A program made the position numbers and the translations under genes. A DNA stretch of 64,000 bases from Macrostomum hystrix (taxonomy: Eukaryota; Animalia; Platyhelminthes): NCBI GenBank assembly GCA_950097015.1, contig CATNEN010000007.1:5332001-5396000 (forward strand). The letters are read 5' to 3'. Shown one piece after another: positions 36,374-47,556 of this stretch (positions are counted from its first letter, which is position 1; every line of letters begins with the position of its first letter). The notes beneath the pieces are model-generated. The model worked only from the letters and a program-made list of their open reading frames with translations, was not told where the DNA came from and made no database searches.

Positions 36374-38496
36374 ATGCGGGCATCCGACAACTCGCCCAGC
36401 CACGTCTGGCAGGACCCACTCAGCTTCGACGAAGAGCTTCTGCAGCCGTTGGCCAACCAAGATAAGGGCATCTCAATATCAGGCTGCCAGGAGTGCCAGC
36501 AGCAGCAGCAGCAGCAGCAGGCGACCACCGATGACAATCATTCAGGCCAAGCTAGCAGCTGCGGGTCGTCACATTGCGAGTTCAGCCGGCTGCAGCTGCG
36601 GCTGGCCGCCATGGAGTCGCGACTGATCGATTTTGAAGCCATTCTGATGGGCTCACGAAACAGGTCAATCGCCGGCGATTGCAAAAGCAACTGGCAGGGC
36701 TCTCGAGCCAACAATCTGATGGCATCCAGTCACATGATTCACACTGGCGAGCCTGAAGGACTAGTAAAGGCAGCAGCATTGAAAGAGTATCAATCTTCCA
36801 GCAAGCAACCACTGGTCCACCAGTCCAAGGGTGATTGGTCAATGGCTGATGGGTCGCTAAATATGGCATTTTCCTCGGAGAGTGCTAACGAGAGCACAGC
36901 TGATTCTTCAACGAATTGGACAGACCCTGGATCAATTTGCAAAACTGCCAACTTGAATGCTAACCAACAGGCGAGGCCAGCGTCTCTCACTGGCTCACTG
37001 GCTGGCAACTCGCAGACTTTGGAGCTGGTCAGGTACTCCACACAGGATTGCGCTGATCCGTACGAGCTGGCCTCGGCTGACAGTGTGGGCGCTGCCAACC
37101 GCTCTGATTTGCACGCAGCCGCCGAGGCCCTGATAACCACCGACGGTGCCGGCGAGCTTCGCAAACGGGAGCAGCAGCTGAAGAGGCTTCAGTCCTGCAA
37201 GTGCCAGCTGATGGTGACAGTTCTGGCTGAAAAATCGGAGCCGCTGCCGCAGCCGCCAACTGGCAGACGCAGCAGCCGAGTCGTATTGGAGAGCGGCTCC
37301 CTGCGTGAGCTCGCCGAGCCCATTGACAACGATGGTGGCGTCGGCTGTGGCAGCAAAGATGGCAGCAGGTGCAGCAGCTGGCAGCTGCTGATTGCTCAGG
37401 AAAATATCAGCCTCCACCGGCCATCGCGGGATGAACTTTCGATGGCGGAGATCACAGAGACTCTGGTTTCTAATTGCCCGTCTGAGACGGCTGCCGTGTC
37501 GCAAATGACCCAGCAGCAGGGCGGCATCGCCGAGTTTGGGACCAGCGCCGGCGTTACAGCTGTTGAAATCATTCAGTGCGTGCAGCCGCCCGTGTCGGTG
37601 CGTCAGCTGCCAGTTGGCTGCAGCATAGAAGAAGAAGTCAAGAAAAATGTCGAGCTGAAGCTGTTGGGCAGTGCCAGACAAACCTGGCTGCTTGGCGGCT
37701 GCCATGACGACACGACTGCCAGCACCGTGTCGAGCACGTGCACTGTCTCTACGGGGGCAGAAGCATCTGCTGTGAAAAAAGAAGAATTATATAACTATGG
37801 TGAGACTTGGCTAAGGCTGTGTCACTTTTAATTGTAGCTCACTAATTTAGGAAACCTTTGTCCTTGAACCTCTTGTTGAATGTCTGTGTGTCAGATTGGC
37901 ATGTAGAACATTTGAAAGCCGTCCTGAGCCCTGTTTAAGTGCGTCTCAGTCTGGAAGGCGAGATCTTATGTTAGTACACCATTGAGTCTATTGACCGATT
38001 TATTATCAGGTTTTGTTCCTGTACTTTTTTCCTCCCTTTCCAGACTGCCGTCTGTGCACCGACCATGACCCCAACGCCAGATCGCGCTTGAAGGATCTGC
38101 GGCGCAGCGGCATTCAAATGAGCAGCACCAGCCGACGGGTCTGCGTGCAAAAGTCCGGCTTCACTGAGAGTAACACCGCGCGCATCTCTAAACTCGTCCG
38201 AAAAGCTGTTAGAAAATTTGATTCCGATGCTGAGCAGGCCAGCTACGTGCGACTCGAACTGCGAAAGCTCGGCTTCGAGTGCACAGTTGTGATTGGTCGG
38301 CACTTCATCGGGTAATTTTAGCACGAGGTAGGTAACATTCAATACGAATCTAAGTTGCATTATTTTATTAACTTTCAGGTGCATCTGTGGCCAAGAATCG
38401 TGCCGTCTCCTGCTGGACATTGGCGATCGAAGCTGCCTCATTTTCAGTTTATTTCAACTCACTCGTGATCTGAGTCAACTCACTGAGAGTCAGTAA
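36374..38496 (+). CDS. Uncharacterised ~603-aa protein with a long low-complexity N-terminus and a C-terminal divergent dynein light chain type 1 (LC8)-like domain; exons 36374-37799, 38044-38311, 38379-38496
   Basis: A 485-codon non-repetitive GC-rich ORF in an AT-rich context. Boundaries G|GTGAG, TTTCCAG|, GG|GTAAT and TTTCAG| keep the frame (total 1812 nt). The C-terminal segment VQKSGFTESNTARISKLVRKAVRKFDSDAEQASYVRLELRKLGFECTVVIGRHFIGCICGQESCRLLLDIGDRSCLIF aligns by eye, almost without gaps, to LC8. Confidence 0.8.
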
Positions 38497-38668
38497 TATA
38501 AAATATATAACTTTACTTCATTATGTCAATTTCTCATTAACGTACGAGTTGCACTTCTGCACGAACTGCATGAATACGCTAATCTTCATCGTATAGCATG
38601 ACAAAATATGGTTGAAAAGCTATCAGCGAAAGTTAAAAAATATTATACTTACTTTTAAAAAAGCCCCC

Positions 38669-38880
38669 CTACGCTCATTGGCTGGTGCTGCCCCACCCCT
38701 AAATCTTCTCCCCCCCTGGAAAGCATTTACCCACGCTCATTGGCTGGTGCTGCCCCACCCCTAAATCCTCTCCCCCCTGGAAAGCATTTACCCACGATTA
38801 TTGGCTGGCGCTGCCCCACCCCAAACCTTCTTTCTATTTCTGCACGCCCATAGGTGGGCGCTGCCCCACCCCTAAATCTC
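38669..38880. repeat. 3-4 degenerate copies of a ~61-bp unit (ACGCTCATTGGCTGGTGCTGCCCCACCCCTAAATC...GGAAAGCATTTACCC)
   Basis: Direct repeats are visible downstream of the LC8-domain gene. Confidence 0.85.
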
Positions 38881-39683
38881 TTTCTCCTAAGGAAAGCATT
38901 TCTTCACGCTGATTGGCTGAAGATGGCCCACTCCGAAAATGTATAGCAATTTAAACGTTACCCCCTTTCGAAATGTATGGAAACGGACACCTTGAAAACT
39001 TATACCGCTCAGATCCTGGATAAGATGGCAACTGCTGTCTGAATCAAGTAATGTGAGACTATTGCTACAGATATTTCTATTAATAGCTCTGAATATTTTA
39101 CATACGGATTGAGAGGCGTTTCTATAATCCTGTGTACGAGGAACCCGCAATTTATTCTTACATCCCGACAAGAACTGGACTTTCCTTTCGAAACGCACAT
39201 GCGCGCATCTGTACTGACTGCGGAAAGCCGATGTTGTACGCAGCTATAAAATACAATCGCTAATGTCAGGCGTGACATTTTTTCTGTTTAGTTTTCAAAT
39301 TGGGCACAAACACATCCTACTTTTAGTAATAAGTCTTGATTTCTTTAAAAGCACTTAAATTTATAATATTTTATGCAGAATGAGCCACGATTTCCAAGTC
39401 CAAACTTGGTCTCATTTGGTAATTTGAGTACGAGCGTACGTTTTAATTAGCTCGCTGCAAATGAAGAGCATCAGACAGATTTTCTGGCTATGCAGAAAAA
39501 TGAGCAGAATTTTTGCTTCTAAATTCCCAGGAGTATCTGGGGCAGGACTTTTGGGCATCTGGTACCTTCGCGTGTGTGAGTGGGAGTGTGTCGCTGTCAC
39601 AGAGGGAGAGACACTGAAATAGACAGAAAGTTGATTACAGAAAACTGAGTTAAAAATTTCACAGTTGGTCGAGTTTATTGACT

Positions 39684-40063
39684 CGGAGTGACACACAGAC
39701 TGTCACACACACTTGGAGTGACACACGGACTCTCACACACACTTGGAGTGACACACGGACTCTCACACACACTCCGAGTGACATACGGACTGTCACACAC
39801 ACTAGGAGTGACACACGGACTGTCACACACACTTAGAGTGACACACGGACTCTCACACACACTTAGAGTGACACACGGACTCTCACACACACTTGGAGCG
39901 ACACACAGACTGTCACACACACTTGGAGTGACACACAGACTCTCACACACACTTGGAGTGACACACGGACTGTCACACACACTTGGAGTGACACACGGAC
40001 TCTCACACACACTCCGAGTGACACACGGACTCTCACACACACTCATAGTGAGACACGGACTGT
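39684..40063. repeat. 30-bp minisatellite (GGAGTGACACACGGACTSTCACACACACTT)n
   Basis: About 12 tandem units. Confidence 0.96.
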
Positions 40064-40494
40064 CCCATGCAAAGCAGTCTTCCCAGGGGGCCATTAGGAG
40101 TCGAAGTTAATGGGGATTATTTTACTATCAAAGTTGACGAAGGCAATCAGCGCTGACTAGATGCAGCCGGAGCTAATTCGGGCAATTTGACTCTCATTTT
40201 GGGATTGTTGCTATGGGATCTTGAGCTTGGATTTGTGGGATTGCAGGCAGCTGAAGACAAATGAAGGTCCAAGTCTAAAGGTCATTTGGGAAGGGACACA
40301 TTTTCATAAGATTCGAGAGCTCAGTTCAGACGCTACAAGTCAGCATCATCAGCCAGTGTCTTGTAATTCGAGATTTCAAGACCTAATCAAGTCACAAAAG
40401 AAAGTATTGAAAAAAATAAAGATGTATATAATTTTATGCTTCTTTTGTAAAAAGACAAAAAGTTTAGAGGATTTTTACTGAGTTTACCGAATAT

Positions 40495-40570
40495 CCCACG
40501 CCGCGGATTCGAACCCGTGACTCCGATGCACTTTCAAATTGAAGTGCAAACAGACCACAGCCGGGCCGCC
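40495..40570 (-). mobile_element. Possible degenerate tRNA-derived SINE head
   Basis: Minus-strand GGGTTCGAATCCGCGGCGTGG contains a B-box and resembles GAGTTCGATTCCGCGGCGAGG of the 42679 SINE. The A-box is unclear and there is no cloverleaf. Confidence 0.35.
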
Positions 40571-40709
40571 AAATTCCTTTTTGTCGACAACCGCCACCCG
40601 CCCCGCGCTATTCGGAGGGAGGAAAGATATTCAGAAAGAAAGTATTTTCTTCCACACATTCCCTGTTCCTCGCTGGCCTTCTGTCAGTCTGGCAGAGGAG
40701 GGCAATTCG

Positions 40710-40731
40710 CGCACACACGCACACACACACG

Positions 40732-40762
<31 letters not shown>

Positions 40763-40782
40763 ACACACACACACACACACAC
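40710..40782. repeat. (CA)n microsatellite
   Basis: Directly visible dinucleotide repeat. Confidence 0.95.
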
Positions 40783-41347
40783 AAGAAGTTCCCAAACACT
40801 GGCTTCTGCTAGTTCTCCCATGCGCTCTCGTCTCTCCCCCACTCAGCCCAAGGCCTTTGGACCATCGGTGCGAAGCTAAGGGGGTCCCAATTAAGTCCCG
40901 GGGATATTATCCTGTCAGCAAGCCGCGGCCTAAAATCTTCCATCGCTCCTTATTTTTTCTCTCCCTTCTCCGAGGATGGGGCGGAGGGGTTAGAAAGCTG
41001 ACACAGGAAATGAAGAAGGAGAGAAGCTGGGCCGCGCCTGGAGACTGAGGGAGGCCTCGGTCAGACCGCAGCGGACTGTGCGAGAGGCAGGGGCGACCCG
41101 ATTCTGGCCATGATTTATCGCTTTGAAAAGCAGCTGGGCCGTACAGAACATGGCGAGGCCAGATGGAAAGCGGGAATCGCGGATGTTGCACAAAGTGGTG
41201 CCCCAGCTGGAATGAAAGACTTTGAAGATTGCGTGATCAGGACACATCTGCCCACCTGAGCACTTCATGTATAGTTCTCACTGACTCTCTGCGATTCACC
41301 TAAAAATTAATCCAACTTTCTTTTAACTTGTGATCATGGTCTCCTGA

Positions 41348-41596
41348 GACCCGACATGACCCGGACTGACCCGGACTGACCCGGACTGACCCGGACTGAC
41401 CCGGACTGACCCGGACTGACCCGGACTGACCCGGACTGACCCGGACTGACACGGACTGATCGGACTGACCCAGACTAACCCGGACTGACCCGGACTGACC
41501 CGGACTGACCCGGACTAACCCGGACTGACGCGGACTGACCCGGACTGACCCGGACTGACCCGGACTGACCCGGACTGACCCAGACTAACCCGGACT
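41348..41596. repeat. 10-bp minisatellite (GACCCGGACT)n
   Basis: About 24 units; same family as 46406-46768. Confidence 0.95.
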
Positions 41597-41597
41597 C

Positions 41598-41727
41598 AGG
41601 GCCGAGAGCACGGAGCTACTGATGGAGTGTAGAAATAATTCGCCCACACCTGTGTGACCAGGTTCACACACTGACCCACAATCAGCGCCTTCCTGACCGT
41701 GACGTCCTGCCTGGACCACCTGGATTA
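41598..41727 (+). pseudogene. Duplicated 130-bp fragment of the last exon and 3' UTR of the downstream transmembrane-protein gene
   Basis: Matches 46276-46405 with a single substitution (TGT vs TGC). Confidence 0.85.
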
Positions 41728-41805
41728 ACCAGACGGACTGACTCAAAATGCCCTAGATTGACTCGGAATGACCCAGACTAACTTAGACTCTCTGTACGTG
41801 TTTTT

Positions 41806-41981
41806 GAGTCCCTGTGGGTGTCTCTGAGTCCCTGTGGGTGTCTCTGAGTCCCTGTGGGTGTCTCTGAGTCCCTGTGGGTGTCTCTGAGTCCCTGTGGGTG
41901 TCTCTGAGACCCTGTGGGTGTCTCTGAGTCCCTGTGGGTGTCTCTGAGTCCCTGTGGGTGTCTCTGAGTCCCTGTGGGTGT
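41806..41981. repeat. 20-bp minisatellite (GAGTCCCTGTGGGTGTCTCT)n
   Basis: About 9 units. Confidence 0.96.
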
Positions 41982-42678
41982 TTGTAGCGAAGTAGCGAAA
42001 AGTGCATATTTATTCCCCGTACCGACGCGCAGAGCCATATTTTTAATTCGGCTGGCAATAAATTAGCTGGCACCTGAATTTCAGTTAATTAAATCCAGTC
42101 TAGACAAGAGCACGCTGCGTGGGATTCCGGTCCCCGATTTGAGCCCGCTAGACATAGCTAACTTGTTAAGCTAGGATCTAGCACAGAGGAGTATGCAATA
42201 CATAAAACATGCGAGCTCTGTCCAGCGCACAGTATGTTCTGCTGAAAGGTCGCAGGCAGCTTCGGCAGAGGCAGAGGCATGGATACAGTCCGGTAGCCAT
42301 GCAGATAAGACCGAATTTCAGGGTGCTGCAGCCAGTGCCGATAAGGGCAAACAGGCCGAGAGAGGACAGGAGCTGCGGCCCGGTTCGTTCGTATGTTTCA
42401 TACGGCCGTACAGGGAGACCCACTTTCAATTTTCTTGCTCTTACCTGCCCATCAATCTCCCATTCTCCTTTCTCTTTGTTTTTCTTTGTTTCTTTTAGTT
42501 CTTCAGTGCAGTTGTTCAGCGGCTGAAATAGGAGCTTAGGACATTGGGGATTTGCCAAGAAAAACACGACCAGTTTTTGCACCCAAAGCGGTCTTGAAGT
42601 TTGCAAAACAACTTCTCAAATCTTTAGTTTTACTCGTTTTAGTGAATTGACTAAATTTCTAAACATACCTTTTACCTT

Positions 42679-42991
42679 ATAATAATAATAATTGCAGGAG
42701 GGCTGCGGGCAATGGCGCATCATTTGGTGACTCTAGACCCACAGCCAGCGAGGAGGCAATTCTGCCCATTTCGCTGACTCCTGAGCACACACGCACACAG
42801 ATACTGTACGCAGGCATACGCTCACACAGGTGTGTACATCTGCCCTGACTTTCTCATTGTCAGGTAGGGTACACTCTAACTGGCATAGATTGCACGACAA
42901 GCCCCCAATGAATGTGGCCTCGCCGCGGAATCGAACTCAGGAACCTTGGTGCGAGAGGCAAACGCGTTAGACCGTTCTGCCAGTCAGCCCC
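42679..42991 (-). mobile_element. Full-length tRNA-derived SINE (second family) with (ATT)n tail and 12-bp target-site duplication
   Basis: Minus-strand A-box TGGCAGAACGG and B-box GAGTTCGATTCC; (ATT)n tail; TSD ACCTTTTACCTT at 42667-42678 and 42992-43003; two other fragments of the family occur in the window. Confidence 0.9.
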
Positions 42992-43520
42992 ACCTTTTAC
43001 CTTTACACCGTGTCAAAGTATTACGAGCGTATGCTCACCATGCATTATTCTTCTCTCACACTAAGTAAGTCTCTCTCAGCCGTGGTCCAATCGCTGGCTC
43101 CAATCCTGCAACTCCTAGCAGAAATGACAAAGTCAAAGATAGCCGCACAGCCAATTTATTACTCGCAGAGTCAGTTCTGCTGCTTGGGGGGTTGCGCAAA
43201 CTAAAATTGAGAAGGAGAAATAGATGAAGAAAGAGAGTCTGGGGGGGATAGTTTATGATGGCAGACTCTGCGACTGAGGACTGAGCGACCGGCATTCCTG
43301 TATGGTCGCAATTTATGATCAATTCCGTACAGATAGAGTTCCGCAGAAATTAAATATAAAATAATCCACAAGAGCTTCTATCGCTTGCATTCTGATTGGC
43401 TCCGAGAGACAGAATCCCTAAAGTCCCAATCCCTTCCATCCCCACCCTTATAGCCGCCAGCTCCAGAAGCATAGCGTCCCATTGCCGGGAAGGAATCTCC
43501 TAGAAGGTAAGCTCGCAGAC

Positions 43521-43591
43521 ATGATCTTCACACCTGTGCCGTATCAGTCGGACCCTGTGGACTTTCAGCTGGATCCGAACTACCCAGCATT

Positions 43592-43636
<45 letters not shown>

Positions 43637-46335
43637 CTCATCTGGTTGGCAGTACACCCGCTATCGATCTCCCACTCTGTTCGGCACGGTGGCCGCCATC
43701 GGATTCTTTGGAATGTCCGTCGGCTTCACCCTTATCATCTGCTCCTTCATTGTGTACAGCTCCTCGTGAGTGGCGTTGCCTGTCAGTTGCTGATGCACTT
43801 TTAGAAGACAGTCTCTACTATAATCTCTTACTGTTCGATCTTTTCTATCCCTCCGTCATCTATTCTCTCTCTTAAATCTATTCTCTCCCTCTCTTAGTCT
43901 ATTCTCTCCCTCTCTAGTCTATTCTCTCCCTCTCTAGTCTATTCTCTCCCCATCTAGTCTATTCTCTCCCCATCTAGTCTATTCTCTCCCTCTCTAGTCT
44001 AATCTCTCTCCCTCTCTAGTCTATTCTTTCCCTCTCTTAGTCTTTTCTCTCCCTCTCTAGTCTATTCTCTCCCCATCTAGTCTATTCTCTCCCCATCTAG
44101 TCTATTCTCTCCCTCTCTAGTCTATTCTCTCCCTCTCTTAGTCTTTTCTCTCCCTCTCTAGTCTATTCTCTCTCCCTCTCTAGTCTATTCTCTCCCTCTC
44201 TTAGTCTTTTCTCTCCCTCTCTAGTCTATTCTCTCGCTCTCTAGTCTATTCTCTCCCTCTCTAGTCTATTCTCTCCCTCTCTAGTCTATTCTCTCCCTCT
44301 CTAGTCTATTCTCTCGCTCTCTAGTCTATTCTCTCCCTCTCTAGTCTATTCTCTCCCACTCTAGTCTATTCTCTCGCTCTCTAGTCTAATCTCTCTCTCT
44401 CTCTGGTCTATTCTCCCCTCTCTAATATATTATAATTTCTCAAGCCTATTCAGATAAAAATCCGCAGTTTTTCCTTCTCCCATCTCCTTCTTCTCCCTTC
44501 CTCTCAATACCTCATCTCGCGTGCGACAGGCAATTTTCAGTAGCGCTAAAATCCCATTCGAAAAAGTCGAGAAATATAGAATCCCGCGGAAGTGGCAAAA
44601 TTCTGGGCGCAGTGTATCCGGGATGTGACAGAGAGAGAGAGGGAGGGATGGAGCTTGAGTGGTCCGACTTGAGCCTGCAAAACCTGCTCCACGATCATAT
44701 TTGTGAATAGAACAAATCATTAATTTGGGATTTTAGTCCCAGTCGATCACCTGCAGTAGGTTGCGTGCGAATGAAGAGGTTGGGGTTCTGCTGGGAGCAA
44801 ATTTCTCAGGTAATTTGGCACTCCCAAGCTGACAGCTGACACAAACTCAATTCTGTTCCCAATCCATGATGGCTCAATCACAGCTCACACAGTCCCATTG
44901 TTAGCAGGCTAGAGTTTGAGTTCGCCGCAACAGTGTCTTATTGATCTGCCCAGTTAGGTCTAAGAAAACTGTCAGAATTTCTTCTGACGCAGTGTGAAAT
45001 GCAGTGTCCTCATTTTCTATTCTAATTCAACACGAATTCGTCAAACACCCGAGCAAAAGTGCACCGCCGAAATTGAATTTTCTGCAGAAGAGGCGGGAAA
45101 TCGCTGGGGAAACGCAAATTGTCACTCGGCACTGCAGGGCCCACAAGATGAATAAATTTTGTTGCCAGTGACTTGGAATCACTGAAAGTCGGAAAAACTC
45201 CTCTGCGCAGGAACTCGTGCACGAATATAAACCACTTAGCAACTGGGATATTGTGAACACAAACGACCTGTCACACAAATTGTCTACCTTTTATACAAAT
45301 TAACTACCCCTGTTGGGCAAGCCAGATACCTGTTAGACAAACCAGCCACCTGTTAGACAAACCAGCCACCTGTTAGATAAGCCAGTCATATGTTAGACAA
45401 GCCAGTCATTTGTTAGAGAAGCCAGTCACCTGTTAGACAAGCTAGTCACCTGTTAGACAAACCAGCAACCTGTTTGACAAGCCAGTCATATGTTAGACAA
45501 GCCAGTCATTTGTTAGACAAGCCAGTCATATCTTAGACTAGCCAGTCATATGTTAGACAAGCCAGTCATATGTTAGACAAGCCAGTCATATGTTAGACAA
45601 GCCAGCCATTTGTTAGACAAGCCAGTCATATGTTAGACTAGCCAGTCATTTGTTAGACAAGCCAGTCATTTGTTAGACAAGCCAGTCATATGTTAGACAA
45701 GCCAGTCATATGTTAGACAAGCCAGTCATATGTTAGACAAGCCAGTCATTTGTTAGACAAGCCAGCCACCTGTTAGACAAGCTAGTCACCTGTTAGACCA
45801 GTCATCTAAAGCAAGTTTTCATGCGAACTTATTGCAGCAGAGTCTGGGGCAGCACCCTCGGTCGCGGAGGTCTCCTGCTGCTCATCACGGGCAGCGGTCT
45901 GCTCACTGCTGCAGCTCTGCATCACTTCTGCAAGAAGCAGACAAGACAGCAGGTGAGAAAGAGCTATTAAAAACATTTAGCAAAATGTATTCCTAAAAGT
46001 AGTATTGTTAGGATGTTGACCAACAATATTACGGCGATGTTAGAACTAGCTATTAGGACCTTAATGGCCATAATGTGAATGATTCGGCCCCCTACCCACA
46101 ACCTCCCGCCCGGCAGCTCCTGGGTCGCCTGCAGCGCGCCGGGGCCTCCGCGAAGCTCTGCTGCAGCCGATTCCGCGGCTCCTGCTGCCCGGCCGGCTTC
46201 GCCCACTTCATAGCTTCGAGAACTGGCAAGTCGGCAACGGGGGCGGCCGCCGCGGCGGCTCTTAGGCTGCGCTCGAGGGCCGAGAGCACGGAGCTACTGA
46301 TGGAGTGCAGAAATAATTCGCCCACACCTGTGTGA
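43521..46335 (+). CDS. Uncharacterised ~192-aa two-pass membrane protein with polyQ; exons 43521-43765, 45838-45952, 46117-46335
   Basis: Phase-consistent GT-AG junctions (2,0; total 579 nt); hydrophobic segments LFGTVAAIGFFGMSVGFTLIICSFIVY and GGLLLLITGSGLLTAAAL; CCAAT box (CTGATTGGCT) at about 43392; ends in SPTPV. No homologue recognised. Confidence 0.65.
43858..44422. repeat. 20-bp pyrimidine-rich intronic minisatellite (CTAGTCTATTCTCTCCCTCT)n
   Basis: About 27 units. Confidence 0.95.
45318..45802. repeat. 20-bp intronic minisatellite (TGTTAGACAAGCCAGTCATA)n
   Basis: About 24 units ending about 35 bp before the splice acceptor. Confidence 0.96.
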
Positions 46336-46405
46336 CCAGGTTCACACACTGACCCACAATCAGCGCCTTCCTGACCGTGACGTCCTGCCTGGACCACCTG
46401 GATTA

Positions 46406-46768
46406 GCTGACCCAGGCTGACCTGGACTGACTCGGACTGACCCAGACTAACCCGTACTGACCCAGGCTGACCTAGACTGACCTGGAATGACCTGGACTGA
46501 CCCAGGCTGACCCGGACTGACCCAGACTGACCTAGACTGACCTGGACTGACCCATGCTGAACCAGGCTGACCCGGACTGACCCAGGCTGGCCCGGACTGA
46601 CCCAGAATGACCCAGACTTACTTACCCGGACTGACCTAGACAGACGCGGACTGACCCACGCTGACCCGGACCGACCCAGGCTGACTCGGACCGACCCAGG
46701 CTGACCCGGACTGACCCAGACCGACCGAGGCTGACCCGGACTGACCCAGACTTACCCAGGCTGACCCG
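46406..46768. repeat. Degenerate 10-bp minisatellite (GACCCRGRCT)n
   Basis: About 35 diverged units in the presumed 3' UTR. Confidence 0.92.
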
Positions 46769-47485
46769 ATATGATCCCGGGGGTCAGCTCAACTTCTGAC
46801 TTGCCATTAAACTTGCTCGTATTGAGAATGTTTTTTGTATATGGGCTAGAATAAGCGGCCTTAGACAAAAGCCGCTGCTGACTCCAGAGTTATTGTCTGG
46901 AGTTTCATAAAAAATGTTAATCTTAAGAACATTGAGGAACCTTAAAAACATAAAAAACAGTACTGAATTCTAAGAAAGTGGCTTCTTGCTTTGCTGAACA
47001 TTTGTGTTTTGTTATTCTGCGCTCCTTGTCGCCCAAGCTAAAAATATTTTTTTTCTGCTTTCCTGCGAATGCATTCAAACAAAAGCGTGTAAAAATTTCG
47101 CACCGCCTACTGAGTAAAAACCGAGTAGGCAGTAAAACAAATCAAAAGAATTCACTTTGATTTCATTTATTGCCACAATAGTAGTCGAGAAGAAAAACTT
47201 AATGAGTACGAAAAACTCGGAAACGACAGATAGATGAAATCCAATATTTATTTGCTCAAAAATTCTACTGATTTTGTTGCTGCGCACTCTAAGAAGTAGC
47301 CAAAATATCCGTTGAAAAAACAAACGAACAATAACACGAAACAGTTCGTAGACACGGTCATTTAGTATAACCGAGTGGGTTTGCCGCTTCGCAGCCCAAA
47401 GACAAAAAGCTGAGAGAAAAGGTTTAAATTTAGAAGCAGAAGACAATCCGCTCTGAGGATAAATCACAAATAGGGGTTGAGTTGT

Positions 47486-47499
47486 GTTTCCATGGCAAC
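47486..47499. promoter_or_regulatory. RFX X-box consensus GTTTCCATGGCAAC
   Basis: Exact match to the 14-bp X-box consensus GTTNCCATGGNAAC; target gene unknown. Confidence 0.45.
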
Positions 47500-47556
47500 T
47501 GCGAAACACCTAGCACATTTCGAGTTGGGCCGATAAATATATACACTTCACTCTGG

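Noticed and set aside
38900-39300. Possible DNA transposon or MITE
   Set aside because: No terminal inverted repeats or target-site duplication could be identified by eye.
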